The notes: generated by a model from the letters alone, not told the origin. Shown: positions 1 through 13,444, numbered from the whole stretch's first letter. The stretch: DNA of 63,065 nucleotides, filler included, from Octopus bimaculoides (GCF_001194135.2; 7 parts of 7 records of this genome joined end to end with filler, not necessarily neighbours in it); one strand, 5' to 3'. Numbers and translations: made by a program.

Positions 1-57
<57 letters not shown>

Positions 58-303
58 ATCGACAACGGTAGCAGTAGCCTCAGTAGTAATAGTAATAGCA
101 TTATTATTATTATTAGTAGTAGTAGTAATAGTAGTAGCTGCTGTGGTGATGGCGTTTTACGATGACACGGCTGTGGGTTTCGGTTGTGGAGTTTTGGGGA
201 GGACGATTAATACGCATATTTCATATTTATCTGAATCTCAGTGAGAGGGCGGGTGCCATTCATATATGCCAGAGAAGTTAAATACATATGCGTGTATGCA
301 TGT

Positions 304-392
<89 letters not shown>

Positions 393-1785
393 AGTGTGTG
401 TGTGTGTGTTTGCGTACAATTGTATGCATGTGTTTGTTGGCATCTGATTATGTGTATGTTATCTTAATTTTAATTCTTTGAATTCTTCCTATAAGGAAGT
501 GGTTGGTCTCCTACAAAGAAACAAAGCTTTGTCGCTGGAATTTGGATGATGACAACGGTAAAGGGTTATATGTTGAATTTTAGAAAAATATGTTATATAC
601 ATGTGTGTGTGTGTGTGTGAGGAAAGAAACACACTCAGACATACATACACACACACACGCACGCACGCGCGCATACACATGCAGACGCACGTAAAAACCT
701 AGATAGATAATTAGATAAAATAAGTTGGATAGATTCAAACATACATGCATGCGTATCTGAATAAATACATATTTATTCCTGTACACACACGAAGACAATT
801 CGTTTTTGATGTTGTACATTTGCGTGTTTGATGTGTGTGTGTGTGTGTGTGTGTTTTATTCGAATAAATATTTTGTATTTATTCAGAAAACGCACATTTC
901 GTACAAAGCCATTTGCAAGAAGACTCAATAAAACTGAAAACAATCAGATATGAGAGACAGTATAGGTTCAGCTAACAAAAAGTAAGGCGCAATTGAAAAT
1001 AATATGAAGTTGCATATTAAAATACTTACACCCACACACCCACACACACAGAGAATATATTTAATCTCTAGGCACATTGTTTCTGCTAGTCTGATATTGA
1101 CAAAAATCTGAGATCTTATGAAACCCCAGTTAGCTGACTACAAAGTCAACCTTAACAGTTTGTTGGTATTTATTATATAGGGTAGTGGTGCTGCACAATG
1201 AGGAGTTTTACTGCACTTTTGACTTTGAGAAAAAAAAATTATAAACGTTTATTACCTTTCAAAACTATATCACCTCAGCAAATGACCTCTAAATGCATTA
1301 AAAACATTATAAGATTGTCTGATCACAAGATCACTATTTCAGAAAATTATCGCCGTTCTCTCTAAGCATATAAAAGACAAATTTGGTGGTGGTGGTGGTG
1401 GTGGGGAATTAGTAAGCCAAGATAAGCTAAATTTGCCTCTCCAGTTCTCCTAAATCACATTTGAAAACAGACTCATACACATTAATATCCATCCTTAGAA
1501 ATCAGAAAGCTCAGAAATGCTACAAAAATTTAAATACCTAAGTCAAAAGAAAATGGCACATGATATGAAATTAACGAAACTCGACTAAATAAACTAAAAC
1601 TTAACATGAAATATCTATAGCTTCCTCACGGTCTGACATAGTGGCTCACTTTCCGATATATTTACACATCATGCAGTTAAAGAGAAAAAAAATTATGAAA
1701 TTAATCATATTTTGAAAATTGAAAATGATCAAAGTGGGAGAAATTGACTTGGAATCCAATAGAGAAAAGGATATTGATTGGTAAA

Positions 1786-2755
1786 CAGGTATACAACACA
1801 TCGTTCGACCTGGAAATCGAACCCATGATCCAGCAATCACGTGTATTACAAGGTTCCCGGATTAGTCCTGTAGCGCACCAACAGATGGCAACACACGGTT
1901 GTGTGCACAGCAAGAGCTAGCAGTAACCTTCATGAGGCAGTGTGCCGAGTGACATTGCTGTGTTTACTAAGCGAGTTGTGAAATTTGCGTTTTTGTGATC
2001 ACGTGTATGCTCTAGTCAGCGATTTTTGTCAGGGACAGATGCTGGAACAAAGAGCCAATGTGAAATTTTGCGTTAAACTTGGGAAGTCTGCTACAGAGAC
2101 ATTGAGCATGCTTCGACAAGCTTACCGCGATGAGGCAATGAGTCACACGCAATGTTTCGAGTGGCATGGGTGCACGACAGAGCCTCAGCTCACTCAAGAG
2201 CATGCTCGTCGTTTTTTTTTTTCAACATCTGCGGTACTGTGCATCGAGAATTCTTCCCCAGGACCAGACCTTCAATCGAGAGTTCTACTGCGACGTTTTG
2301 AAGCGTTTGAGGGAGGACATTTGGCGAAAACGACCGGATCTATAGAGTGTGAAGGATTGGATTCTTGAAGACCACAATGCACCGTCACCGGGCTCTCCTC
2401 ACTCATGAGTTTCTTACCAAAAACAACATAGTATCACTTCCGCATCCGCTCTATTCACCAGATTTAACACCTGCGGACTTCCATCTCTTCCCCAAGAGGA
2501 AAAATGCAGCTGTAAGGTCACCGTTTTAACACCGTTGTCGAGATCAGGAGCAAATCGCAGAAAACGGAAAAAGGTTTCCAGGCCAGATTACAAAAGTGGC
2601 AGAAAAGCTGGGACCGGTGTATTGGTGCGCAAGGTGATTATTTCGAAGGAGATGATATTAAAACCTAGGTAAAAATTTATTTTTATTTAAACATAACTAG
2701 TCTAGGAACTTTTTGATATCACCTCGTACATCCTAACAACAAGGTCACGCGCCCT
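1786..2755 (-). mobile_element. Family C SINE tRNA-like head split in two (1786-1843 and 2729-2755) by the mariner
   Basis: Removing the mariner restores GGCGCGTGACCTTGTTGTTAGGATG-TA-CACGTGATTGCTGGATCATGGGTTCGATTTCC on the minus strand. This has A/B-box-like motifs and resembles the family C heads at 3447 and 42083. Confidence 0.6.
1846..2726 (+). mobile_element. Tc1/mariner transposon (family M1), internally deleted and non-autonomous
   Basis: The N-terminal HTH reads EQRANVKFCVKLGKSATETLSMLRQAY...CFEWH and is fused directly to ARQSLSSLKSMLVVFF, so the middle is deleted. Frameshifted catalytic-domain motifs follow: ...HNAPS..., HPLYSPDLTPADFHLFPK and WDRCIGAQGDYFEGD. The right TIR ends ...GATATCACCTCG|TA (TA at 2727-2728). 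A degenerate left TIR (AAGGTTCCCGGATTAGT) lies at 1850-1866. Confidence 0.92.
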
Positions 2756-3270
2756 CAAGAATATTGTACATTTACTTAAACTCAGAGCCGTTTCAAAAGT
2801 TTTATGGGCCCTTCTACAAAGCAATGCATTGTAGACCCAACGTGTATTTACTGAAAGCAAACTCCACCATACATACGTAAAGCATTAGATCCCCAAACCG
2901 TGTGGGCACTTGGGCAAGTGTCTCGTTGTACCTGTGTCTTAAGACGTTCTGGGTCGACTTCATTTTCACAAGTCTTTTCGTATTAGACATATTTATATAA
3001 CTTTGTGTACGCACATACATACGCGTATACACATAAACATACACACGTATACACATAAACACACACACACACATTTATACATATATGAATTAGCGTATGT
3101 TTGTATTTACAAACAGGGTAAGTACTCAATACATAATATAGAGTTGGGAGCTGAAGCTTGTATAAAGTCTGAAATAACGAGATAGTCATGGTTGAAATAC
3201 TTTTGATCATAAGTCTTCGCAATCGAGGTTGAACTGGTTCTAACCAATAATTAAATTCCGGTAACCTGTA

Positions 3271-3991
3271 AGCGCGAGCATGGCTGTGTGGTTAAGAAGT
3301 TCTTTTCGTAACCATACGGTTACTGGTTCAGTCCCATTACGCAGCACTTTCTTCTACAGCCCTGGGCCAACCAATACCTTGTGAGCTGACTTGGTAAATG
3401 AAAACTGTGTGGAAACCCTTCATAATTATGTGTGTGTGTGTGTGTGTAAAGGTGCTTGGCTTCGTGATTAGGGTATTCGGTTCATGATCGTAAGGTTCTG
3501 AGATCGATTCTTGGCGGCGCGTTGTGCTCTTAAGCAAGACACTTTTTTTCATATTGCTCCAGTCCACCCAGCTGGCATAAATGAGTAGGGCCTGCATTTC
3601 AAAGAATCAGCCTTGTCACATTTTATGTCACGCTGAAACCCCCCGATAACTATGTTAAGGGTACAAATGTCTGTGGAGTGCTCGGGGAATTTCACGAGCA
3701 GACTGTTCCATTGATCAGGTCAATTGGAGCCATTGTCATCGTAACCGACGGAGTGCCAGGTAGTTATGTATGTATGTATGTATGTATCCTTGCGTTTGTC
3801 TCACCACCACTTGATAACTGGTGCCAGTTTTGTTTACATCCTCCCTACTAAGCGGTTCGGCGAAAAATTCCGTTAGAAAATGTACCAATCTTAAAAAGAG
3901 GGAAAAAGTTCTGGGGTCGATTTGTTCGGCTAAAACTCTTTAAGGCCCAGCATAACCACAGTCCAATGACTGAAACAAGAAAAAGATAAAG
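3271..3991 (+). mobile_element. Family B SINE (head 3271-3425, tail 3785-3991) interrupted in its internal microsatellite by a family C SINE
   Basis: The head (TGGCTGTGTGGTTAAGAAG...GGTTCAGTCCC) and tail (...CAGCATAACCACAGTCCAATGACTGAAACAAG) match the complete copy at 4798-5292. Confidence 0.75.
3447..3757 (+). mobile_element. Family C SINE
   Basis: tRNA-like head, then CTTAAGCAAGACACTTT, then the tail CAGCCTTGTCAC...GTTAAGGGTACA...CCGACGGAGTGCC shared with copies at 14082, 42083, 9481 and 15911. Confidence 0.8.
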
Positions 3992-4314
3992 AGTGGTAGC
4001 CTATGTTATCTTCATAGAATGTGCAAATGTATAGCTATTTGTCTTGTCAAATTCTCCGGAGAGTCAACTTCTTTCTTTATTTCTCATTACTTACGACAAA
4101 GCGATCTGCATAGTGTATAAGTTCTTTATGGTTTTGCAGTGGCTGAAGTGGTTAAAATTTTCTCGTGCGTATCAGAATTAATTTCAAGTCACTGCACAGC
4201 CGGGGGTCCTTTGAAATAAATTGAAGGGTAAAAAAGAAGAAAAAAAAAAAGAACGTTTCTTCTCAGTTTANNNNNNNNNNNNNNNNNNNNNNNNNNNNNN
4301 NNNNNNNNNNNNNN

Positions 4315-4326
4315 TTAATTAATTAA
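4315..4326. other. Artificial scaffold linker TTAATTAATTAA inside an N gap (also at about 12107, 21587, 49927, 55094 and 61556)
   Basis: An identical 12-mer with stops in all six frames is embedded in near-identical N spacers six times. Confidence 0.95.
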
Positions 4327-4797
4327 NNNNNNNNNNNNNNNNNNNNNNNNNNNNNNNNNNNNNNNNNNNNCCCCCCCCCCCCCTGCATAAGATATCAGTT
4401 GTTTCCTCTTATGAATAGAAGTGAACTCAGCACTTCAAGTTGTCATTTTACAGTGCAGCTAATGATTTCACTGTTGAATTATACAATCCTGTTACCCCTA
4501 CTTTAAGCCAGTTAGACATATCCATTGAGAGTTAAGTGTATTGAGTCAGACATATAACAGTTTTATTGATGGTATACAAAATACAAAGCTGCTCTGGTTT
4601 TCCATTAAATACCTCGTTAACACAGGTGTCTCACACTCTCCTTAGTTGTATAGAAGGCATTTGAGCTTAAAAGAGGTTCAAATATTTGTTAGTTCGTGAT
4701 TACTGTAAGCATGGGCTGCAGTAGTGAATTGTTAAAAGGCTCCAGTAAACACATCATGGTACTTGTTGAATTGGGTAAATAATAATGATAACCAATA

Positions 4798-4951
4798 CAG
4801 GCGTGGCTGTGTGGTATGAAGCTTGCTTCCCAACCGCATGGTTCCAGGTTCAGTCCCTCTGCATGGCATCTTGGGCAAGTGCCTCCTACTATAGCCTCGG
4901 GCCAACCAAAGCCTTGTGAGTGGATTTGGTAGACAGAAACTGAAAGAAGCC

Positions 4952-5026
<75 letters not shown>

Positions 5027-5292
5027 TATATATGTATGTACATATATATATGTATGTGCATATATATGTATGTATGTACCTATGTGTGTCCATGTTTTCC
5101 TCCCCATCACTGCTTAACAACTGGTGTTGGTTTGTTTACGTCCTCATAACTTAGCAGTTCAGCAAAAGAGACTGATAGAATAAGTACCAGGCTTAAAAAT
5201 AAGTACTGGGGCTGATTCATTTGACTAAGAAATTCAAGGTGGTGCTCCAGTATGACCACAGTCAAATGACCAAAACAAATAAAAGAATAAAA
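4798..5292 (+). mobile_element. Family B SINE, complete, with internal (TA)n tract
   Basis: A box TGGCTGTGTGG, B-box-like GGTTCAGTCCC, CTTGGGCAAGTG core, internal (TA)n/(TATG)n and tail GGTGGTGCTCCAGTATGACCACAGTCAAATGAC. Many partial copies occur in the window. Confidence 0.9.
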
Positions 5293-5382
5293 ATGAATAT
5301 GAGAATACCACCAACCCCAGTGCATGACTGATATTTGGTGATGATACTAATAACAACAACAACAACAATGCATTCCGCTGTA

Positions 5383-5776
5383 GACACTAGGCCTGAAATT
5401 TTGAGGGAGGGGGCTAACCAATTTCATTGGTCCCGGAAAGAATGAAAGGTAAAGTCAGCTTTGATGGAATTTGAACTCAGTATATGAAAATGGACAAAAT
5501 ACTTTACAGTATTTTATTCAGTATACTAACAGTTCTGTCAGTTCACCATCTTGAATAATGGTTTCTAATTTTGGCGCACAGCCAGCAATTTTGAAGAGAG
5601 GGAGTAAATACTTGACTTGTACTTATTTTATCAACTCTGAAAAAAAAAAAAAAAAAATGAAAGGTAAAGTTGACCTCAGCAGGTTCTGAGCTCAGAATGT
5701 AAAGAGCTAAAGAGCCTGAAGAAATTCCACTTAGCATTTTATCTGATGCACTAATGATTCTGCCAGATTGCCACCT
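5383..5776 (-). mobile_element. Two adjacent degenerate family A SINE copies
   Basis: GAATGAAAGGTAAAGTCAGC...GGAATTTGAACTCAG and GAAAGGTAAAGTTGACCTCAGC...TGATTCTGCCAG match the reverse complement of the family A copies at 41611-42053. Confidence 0.7.
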
Positions 5777-6717
5777 TAATAATAATAACAACAACAATGG
5801 TTCAGTATTCAGTTGATTGTTGTGTTAGAGTGATTATATCTAATTAGATTGATTCCCTACATTACAAGTACTATTTTATTGAACCTGAAGGTAGAGTTAA
5901 TCTCTAGTGAGATGAAGACCCTGATGGAATCTCGAAACAGAACTGTAAGGTACCTCTGTGTATGTGTGTGTGTGAGTGTGTGACAGCATTTAGTGTAGCT
6001 TTCTTCTTTAATTGTCAATTAATTAATTAATTAATTGATTAATCAAGAGTGAAAAATAAATGCATTCAAAGGTTCTTCTGTTCTAAGCATGTAGGAAGGT
6101 ATGAATTTTTAATTAACTTTTGTTTATTTTTTGGCTTCTGGTGTGTTGTTTTAATGCAATAGTTTCTCTGCTCTGTCAATAATGTCATATGTTTTTTTTT
6201 CCTTGTACTGGGGAGGTGGGTTTGTGGCAACAAATATATTTTCCAGAAATATGTATACCAGCTGCTCCTTTGCTTTCATCCATCTAACTACAGACTAGCT
6301 ATTTGTTTCCTTGTAATGGTCATACTTAAAATCTATTAACATAGCTCTCAGTGTGTCTTCATATCTCTTTGTTTGACCATCCACCAAAGAGAGCTAACAC
6401 TGGTCTTAATGGGGTTTATCTCCCTTGATTACCAATATGCATGTCTGTGTATGATATGTATGTGTGTGTGTGTGTGTGTGTTTCTGTGTATGTATGTGTA
6501 AGTGAAAATGAATGTGTAAGGTGTGTGACAAAATTTCTGTATTGGTTGCAGTTCTTAATAGTATTAACATTAAATTTCCTCTGTAATGTGAGCTGGTAGG
6601 GTTGCATGCAACTAGTATAGGCTTATTACATTATATGAAATGCATATTTGTTATGAGATGTGAAATGAAAGAAATACAAAATTCATGCTTCATGTTTTCA
6701 TTAAAAACATATATATG

Positions 6718-6788
<71 letters not shown>

Positions 6789-8880
6789 TAGTGTGCTACT
6801 TGTTAAATGTTAGGAATATTGGTACATACTATTGCCAACACTGTTAGAAATATCAAGTAGTGGTTACATCTGAAATTAATTGATAGTTAAACAGTATTAT
6901 TGCTATTGATAATGTATTTATTTCAAATGCGTAACTAAGAAATTTGTTTCACTTTATTTTAATCTAATAAGTATTTTCCATTTTAGAAATTTGTATTCAT
7001 TTCATTATCTTTTTTAATAAGCACCACACAGTTTGAATAAAGTAAAATTATAATTATTGTATCAATGTAATATTATCTGATATTCGATATTATTACTACA
7101 GTAGCAACAGGATATAAAAGAAATAGACTAATATCTGTTATAGAACATCATGTGACAGGTAACATTTAAATAAACCAATATATTACTATTTAATTTAAAG
7201 ACTTTTCAGTCTTTCAACTTCAAATGTATATCTCTATCATCATGTGGCACCATGTTGTAGGAAGCCTTCCTTCTATGCTACACATTACACTTTAAATTAT
7301 ATTAAACCATTTCCTGTCGCGAATCAGCAATGCCATATTGTTTGGCGGTTAGTTGAAGCTTGAGTACAATTCCCTGTTGAATTGAATAAAAGAACTGGAA
7401 GAAGAGAATGTCTTCTGTACTAGATGATAACATACAGTCGGCATACCTTGTAAACCTGTAAAACTCAGTCAAAGATAAAAGAAAAAAAATACTGCAAAGT
7501 TGCAGACTCAATTGATGCTATTCTCAATTGCTGTGTCTAGCACCCTTTGTCATTGATTTTATGCTTAACATCATTTTAAAATAAAGTAGATTAGTGGTTT
7601 TATTTTTCATAAGGAATCTAATGCTAAGAATGGAAATTTCAGTAACGCTTTTTAGAGTTTTAAGTTTTATATTTATATTACATTTATTTAATTGTTAACC
7701 TTCTTCAGAATACACATAAAATACTTGTGAAAGTGTTAATCTCCAGATTGATTTCGTTACCCATTACCATTATACGGTGCTAAGTATCTCTTTCTCTCTC
7801 TCTCTCTCTCTTTCTCTCTCTCACTTTTCTAGTGTCTTCCTATTATTTATTCTTAAGATAGTTTTTTTTTTTTTTTTTTTTTTTTTCAACATTAAACTTT
7901 TATCATTTTTTTTTCTTTTTAAGTAATATCAAGTTTGAAATCTGTTAGATTTATTTTTCCATAATTATTTTCAATGACTACTTTTTTTTTTTAGTGTCAT
8001 CTCCTCACACACACACACACATGCACATACACTCTCACCCACTTTATATTATTCATGTTTTCTTACGCTGTTATTTCCATTTTTTTTTTATTGTTAAATA
8101 TTTCTTTTTTTTTTCTTCTTCTTTCACCTATTATTTACTCCTTTTGATACTAATCTTTAGAAATCTGCCATTGTTGATGGTAAGAAAGGAAGGTCGCCTG
8201 TCTGCATAAATACTAAATTCATCTTTATAATTAACTGTTCAGTTAAATGTTGTTGCATTTCTTCAAACAACCTCACAGAATCTCACTTTATCATAGAGCA
8301 AAAATATCTTTGGACTTTCTCAGAATATTTCACTCAGAACTTAACACAAAGAACTTTGGTGCAAACAGTGAAAATTATTAAATGGTTCTGTACTGCGCAT
8401 GCAATCTGATTTTCTATTTTTTCTTCTTTTCTTCTTTTTTTTGTGATTAATATCTACACTCCGATTTCAATTACCTGTTGAAGAAACAGTTTTATTATCT
8501 CACTAACTTCTGTAGGAAAAAACATAAATGAAACAGCCTCCCATCTCTCTATTTCCAAAATACTTAAGAGTATAGCTTGTTGTAAATATATCTTGTACAA
8601 TCTGCTGATCTAAATATATGTGCACGTTATAAACTTAGGAGACAAAATGAGTTTGAAAGACAACCGAGTATTGGAGATATTCTTCTTCTTTACTCCTATA
8701 GAGCATCAGCCATCAACTACTTTCTCCCAGTTCTTAACTCTGGGCCGCTCTCCTCCCAGTCTTGTTGGTTTTAAATTGTCATTGATCTTCTGTAATTTTG
8801 CTTTTTTTCTGGGTAGGGGTATTGACCCCACACAAATCCATTTTTGCATCCGGGAAGAAGGGGTTCATATTAGTCTAACC

Positions 8881-9108
8881 CAGTGATTCTCAACCAGGGT
8901 CCACATAAGATTTCACTGTTAAAATTTACGTGCAATGAATTGGTTATACTTCTACAATGCAGGAAATATTTTAGCAATTATTTAATACAATTCTTTATAG
9001 CATTTCATTATAAAAAATATAATAGGATTTTTTAGGGTATTATTAAATGGCTTGGAATAAAGCGGGTATCAAAGGGGACCATGGGCAAAAAATGGTTGAA
9101 AAACACTG
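8881..9108. mobile_element. 228-bp hAT (Charlie-like) MITE
   Basis: TIRs CAGTGATTCTCAACC (8881-8895) and GGTTGAAAAACACTG (9094-9108) match at 13/15. The 8-bp TSD is GTCTAACC (8873-8880) / GACTAACC (9109-9116), 7/8. Confidence 0.88.
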
Positions 9109-9480
9109 GACTAACCTCTATCCTTTGGCCTGTCCAACATGGGAAGNNNNNNNNNNNNNNNNNNNNNNNNNNNNNNNNNNNNNNNNNNNNNNNNNNNNNN
9201 NNNNNNNNNNNNNNNNNNNNNNNNNNNNNNNNNNNNNNNNNNNNNNNNNNNNNNNNNNNNNNNNNNNNNNNNNNNNNNNNNNNNNNNNNNNNNNNNNNNN
9301 NNNNNNNNNNNNNNNNNNNNNNNNNNNNNNNNNNNNNNNNNNNNNNNNNNNNNNNNNNNNNNNNNNNNNNNNNNNNNNNNNNNNNNNNNNNNNNNNNNNN
9401 NNNNNNNNNNNNNNNNNNNNNNNNNNNNNNNNNNNNNNNNNNNNNNNNNNNNNNNNNNNNNNNNNNNNNNNNNNNNNNNN

Positions 9481-9668
9481 TGTAATTCAAAGAGTCAGCC
9501 TTGTCACAGTGTGTCACGCTGAATATCCCCGAGAATTACGTTAAGGGTACACATGTCTGTGGAGTGCTCAGCCACTTGCACGTTAATTTCATGAGCAGGC
9601 TGTTCCGTTGATCGGATCAACTGGAACCCTCGACGTCGTAAGCGACGGAGTGCCAACAGCAACAACAA
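9481..9668 (+). mobile_element. 3' tail of a family C/D SINE (5' part lost in the N gap)
   Basis: GTCAGCCTTGTCAC...CGTCGTAAGCGACGGAGTGCCAACAGCAACAAC is nearly identical to the tail of the copy at 15911-16302. Confidence 0.85.
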
Positions 9669-10420
9669 GGGAAAGTCCTTGTGGTGGATTGGAGATGTAG
9701 GATAGTCTAGACATAAGACACTATACTGTTAAAGTCACATGATTTCTTCATATATATTGAGTTTACTATTTCTTTTCTCTGATGGTCAGAAAATGGAACA
9801 GATGAAAAGATATTCCACTTTTGCATTCATTATTCTTAATCTTTCTTCGGGTGTTAGTGCATTTTAACCATTTTTAAACTCTTAGAATTTTTTTTTATTT
9901 TATCATTTAACTTTGTCCATCTGACTTATTACTTAGTTACAAATTAATTTATAAAACAATGTACTTTAGGTTTCTTTTGTTCCATATATTTCATTCTTCT
10001 TTAAAAATTCCATTTTGTTTATATCAGTTCTGTTATCAACAACACTTACCATTAGTTTTACATCTGTTTTCACTTTCCGACATATGTTAAGTGTCAACTA
10101 CATAACACATTTAACCATGTTTTCTACATGTTGTTTATTCTTCAACAGAACCAGCTTTTCTGTAAATCTAAATCTAAATGTGAATTCTCCACAACTCACC
10201 ACTTTCTCTTTCTCTCTCTCTCTCTCTCTCCCCCTCTCTCTCTCTCTCTCTCTCCCTCTCTCTCTCTCTCTCTTCATTGTCATCCTACTCTGAATTATTT
10301 CCATATAAAATCATTTTCTCGAATTAACTAATCTGCTGTTAGTAACTGTTACACAAATTTTATACTACTACAGATTAAAAATACTTAAAACAGAACAATT
10401 TATAATAGTATTAATAATAA

Positions 10421-11260
10421 TTTCAAATTTTGGAAAAAAAACAGCAATTTTAGGAGTTGAGAGTCAATCAGTTACATCACCCCCAGTGTTTAGTTGATAC
10501 TTATTTCATCGGCTCCCAAAGAATGAAAGGCAAAGCCAACTTCATCTGAGTTTTAACTCAGAACATAGAGCCAACAACAGCAGTAGTAGTAGTAGTAATA
10601 ATAATAATAATAAAAATAATAATAATAATAATGATATAAAATTCTGGCACAAGGCCAGCAGTTTTTGGGAAGGGGGCTAAGTCAAATAAATTGACCCCAG
10701 TGTTCAACTGGTACTTATTTTATCGACCCCCAAAAGGATGAAAGGTAAAATTGACCCCAGCAGAATTTGAACTTGGAGCATAAAGATGGACGAAACGCCA
10801 CTAACCATTTAGCCAGCTCACTGCCTTATCAACAACAACAGCAACAACAATAATAATAATAATATTTCTTTTATTTTTATTAATAATTTCTAACATAGGA
10901 ACAAGATGAGCAACTTTGAGGGAGGTTGGGCTAGTCAATTACATTGACCTCAGTACTTGACTGGTACTTTATCCTATTGACCCCATGAGAATGAAAAGCA
11001 AAATCAATGTTATGGACATATGAGCTCAAGATATAAAAAAATATGTATGATGCTCTACCAATTCTTGCATTTTTCACTCTTTAAAATAAATGGTTTCAAA
11101 TTTTTGCACAAGGCCGGCAATTTTAGGAGGAAGAAGGGTCTAGGTGATTATATTTATTATATCGATTCCAAAAATATGAAAGGCAAAGTTGATCCCTATA
11201 TTATTTGAGCTCAGCACATAAAGGGCTGGAAGAAATAACACCAGGCATTTAATCTGACAT
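10421..11260 (-). mobile_element. Four co-oriented degenerate family A SINE copies separated by (AAT)n/(AAC)n
   Basis: Blocks of the form AAATTTTG.CACAAGG.CAGCA...GACCCC...GAATGAAAGG.AAA recur at about 10420, 10640, 10890 and 11095. Confidence 0.7.
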
Positions 11261-11270
11261 GCTCTCTCGC

Positions 11271-11482
11271 TTTTACTCTTTTACTTGTTTCAGTCATTTG
11301 ACTGTGGCCATGCTGGAGCACCGCCTTTAGTCGAGCAAATCGACCCCAGGACTTATTCTTTGAAAGCCTAGTACTTATTCTATCGCTCTCTTTTGCTGAA
11401 CCGCTAAGTTATGGGGACGTAAACACACCAACACCGATTGTCAAGCGATGTTGGGGGGACAAACACAGACACACAAACATAT

Positions 11483-11513
<31 letters not shown>

Positions 11514-11640
11514 CATATATACGACAGGCTTCTTTCAGTTTCCGTCTACCAAATCCACTCACAAGGCTTTGGTCGGCCCGAGGCTATAGTAGAAGACACT
11601 TACCCAAGGTGCCATGCAGTGGGACTGAACCCGGAACCAT
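11271..11640 (-). mobile_element. Family B SINE, 5'-truncated within the tRNA head
   Basis: Reverse complement of the tail, the internal TA/CA microsatellite, the core and the B box (GGGACTGAACCCGG). The A box is absent. Confidence 0.9.
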
Positions 11641-12692
11641 GCTGACAATTTTTCCAGTTTGTTGCCTTATTCTTCAAAATAATAATAATAATCATTTTAG
11701 TGTTTATTTTTTCTTTCCACCCCCATCCCACCGCCCACTCCATTCATCTGGTATAGTTTGGATTAGTCCAAAATATGCCACGTCTTCATTTCTTTTAATC
11801 CTACATCATTAAGTCGGTGAAAAGCCTCAACAGATCTCACCACCCTAACCTAAACCACTCCTTTCCAGGGCTTTATTAGTCTTCCACTCTCACAGTTATT
11901 TTCTATTGTCTTCCTACAATATCAGCAGGTTTCCTCTTCTTAGCATTCCATGTCCACATCAACACAGCTGCGTCCTCTGCTTGCTATACATAAACCACCT
12001 TCTAAACTCGGGTTCTAATTAGCCTTTCATGTAAGTTAATACCTCTGCACATTTGTCTGTTGNNNNNNNNNNNNNNNNNNNNNNNNNNNNNNNNNNNNNN
12101 NNNNNNTTAATTAATTAANNNNNNNNNNNNNNNNNNNNNNNNNNNNNNNNNNNNNNNNNNNNACTCGTTTTAAGTTACACATTTTATTTAAAGTTAAGTG
12201 TTGGCACCAAATTTTCCCTTGTCATTGTTTAGCTTTCTCTCGTGAATAAGTTGCATCCCACGTTTTTCAATTAAAATCAAATAGAAAAATTGTACGAAAT
12301 ACACAAGACAATTCATTACTTTCTATCGTAAATCGCAGATACGTCGAGTGAATGTAATTAAATGGAAGGGCTCCAACAAAGAATCAAACTCACACCGAAC
12401 AGAATCGGTGTGCCAACAATTTCTTACCTTATCCAACGGAGTTGACGCCTTAAGCAGTCGATGATCATGGCTCCCAAATATTCTTTTGGTATTTCAATGG
12501 CGCATATTTTCTTCGTAATTATTTGGGTATGCACGTGTGCGCAAACGTGTTCGTAAGTATGTATGCTACGCATGGATATGTGTGTGTGTGTACCCCTGTC
12601 TATACTTTGTGTGCGTGACTGCTTGTGAGTGCTACGTGTCTACATGTGTATATATGTGCGTGTCTATGTATGTACGTACGTACGTATGTATG

Positions 12693-12723
<31 letters not shown>

Positions 12724-13002
12724 GTATGTTTGTTTGTTTGTTTGTATGTATGTATGTATGTATGTATGTATGTATATACATAGTGCGTGTGTGTATGTAT
12801 ATGTATATTTATACATATGTACAGGTATGCACATGTACGTATATGTATATATATGTGTAGATATATATATATAGGCTCGCGCGTGTGAATGTGTGCGTGT
12901 GTGTGTATTTGTGCGTGTGTGTGGGTGTATCTGGTTATGTGTGTGTGTGTGTATGTGTGTGTGTACAGGTATGCATATGTATGTATATGTATGTATATGA
13001 GT

Positions 13003-13041
<39 letters not shown>

Positions 13042-13388
13042 CTCGCGCGTGTGAGTTTGTGCGTGTGTGTGAGTGTGTCTGGTTATGTGTGTGTGTGCAT
13101 GTGTGTGTGTGCATGTGTGTGTTTGTATGTATACCTGGAGATGGTTGGAATGCCTGGAAATCAAAGATAATTTGCGGAATGGTCAGACCTAATTGCATTT
13201 TTGCCTCACTCCTCAGTCGAATACCGTTCGGTAAGTTTGGTATGTTACAACTTGTAGCTTCTTGCGTTCTTTCTTTCTTTCTTTCTTTCTTTCTTTGCTC
13301 ATTTTATCTTTTTTTTATTTGTTTTTCTTTTTGTTTTTATTATCATTCCACTTACCACCTCTTATATATATACGTGTGTGTGCGTGTA

Positions 13389-13444
<56 letters not shown>

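Noticed and set aside
12815-13110. Roughly 165-bp unit present twice, containing ATAGGCTCGCGCGTGTGA and TCTGGTTATGTG
   Set aside because: It is a local tandem duplication within a compound microsatellite, not a spacer-repeat array.
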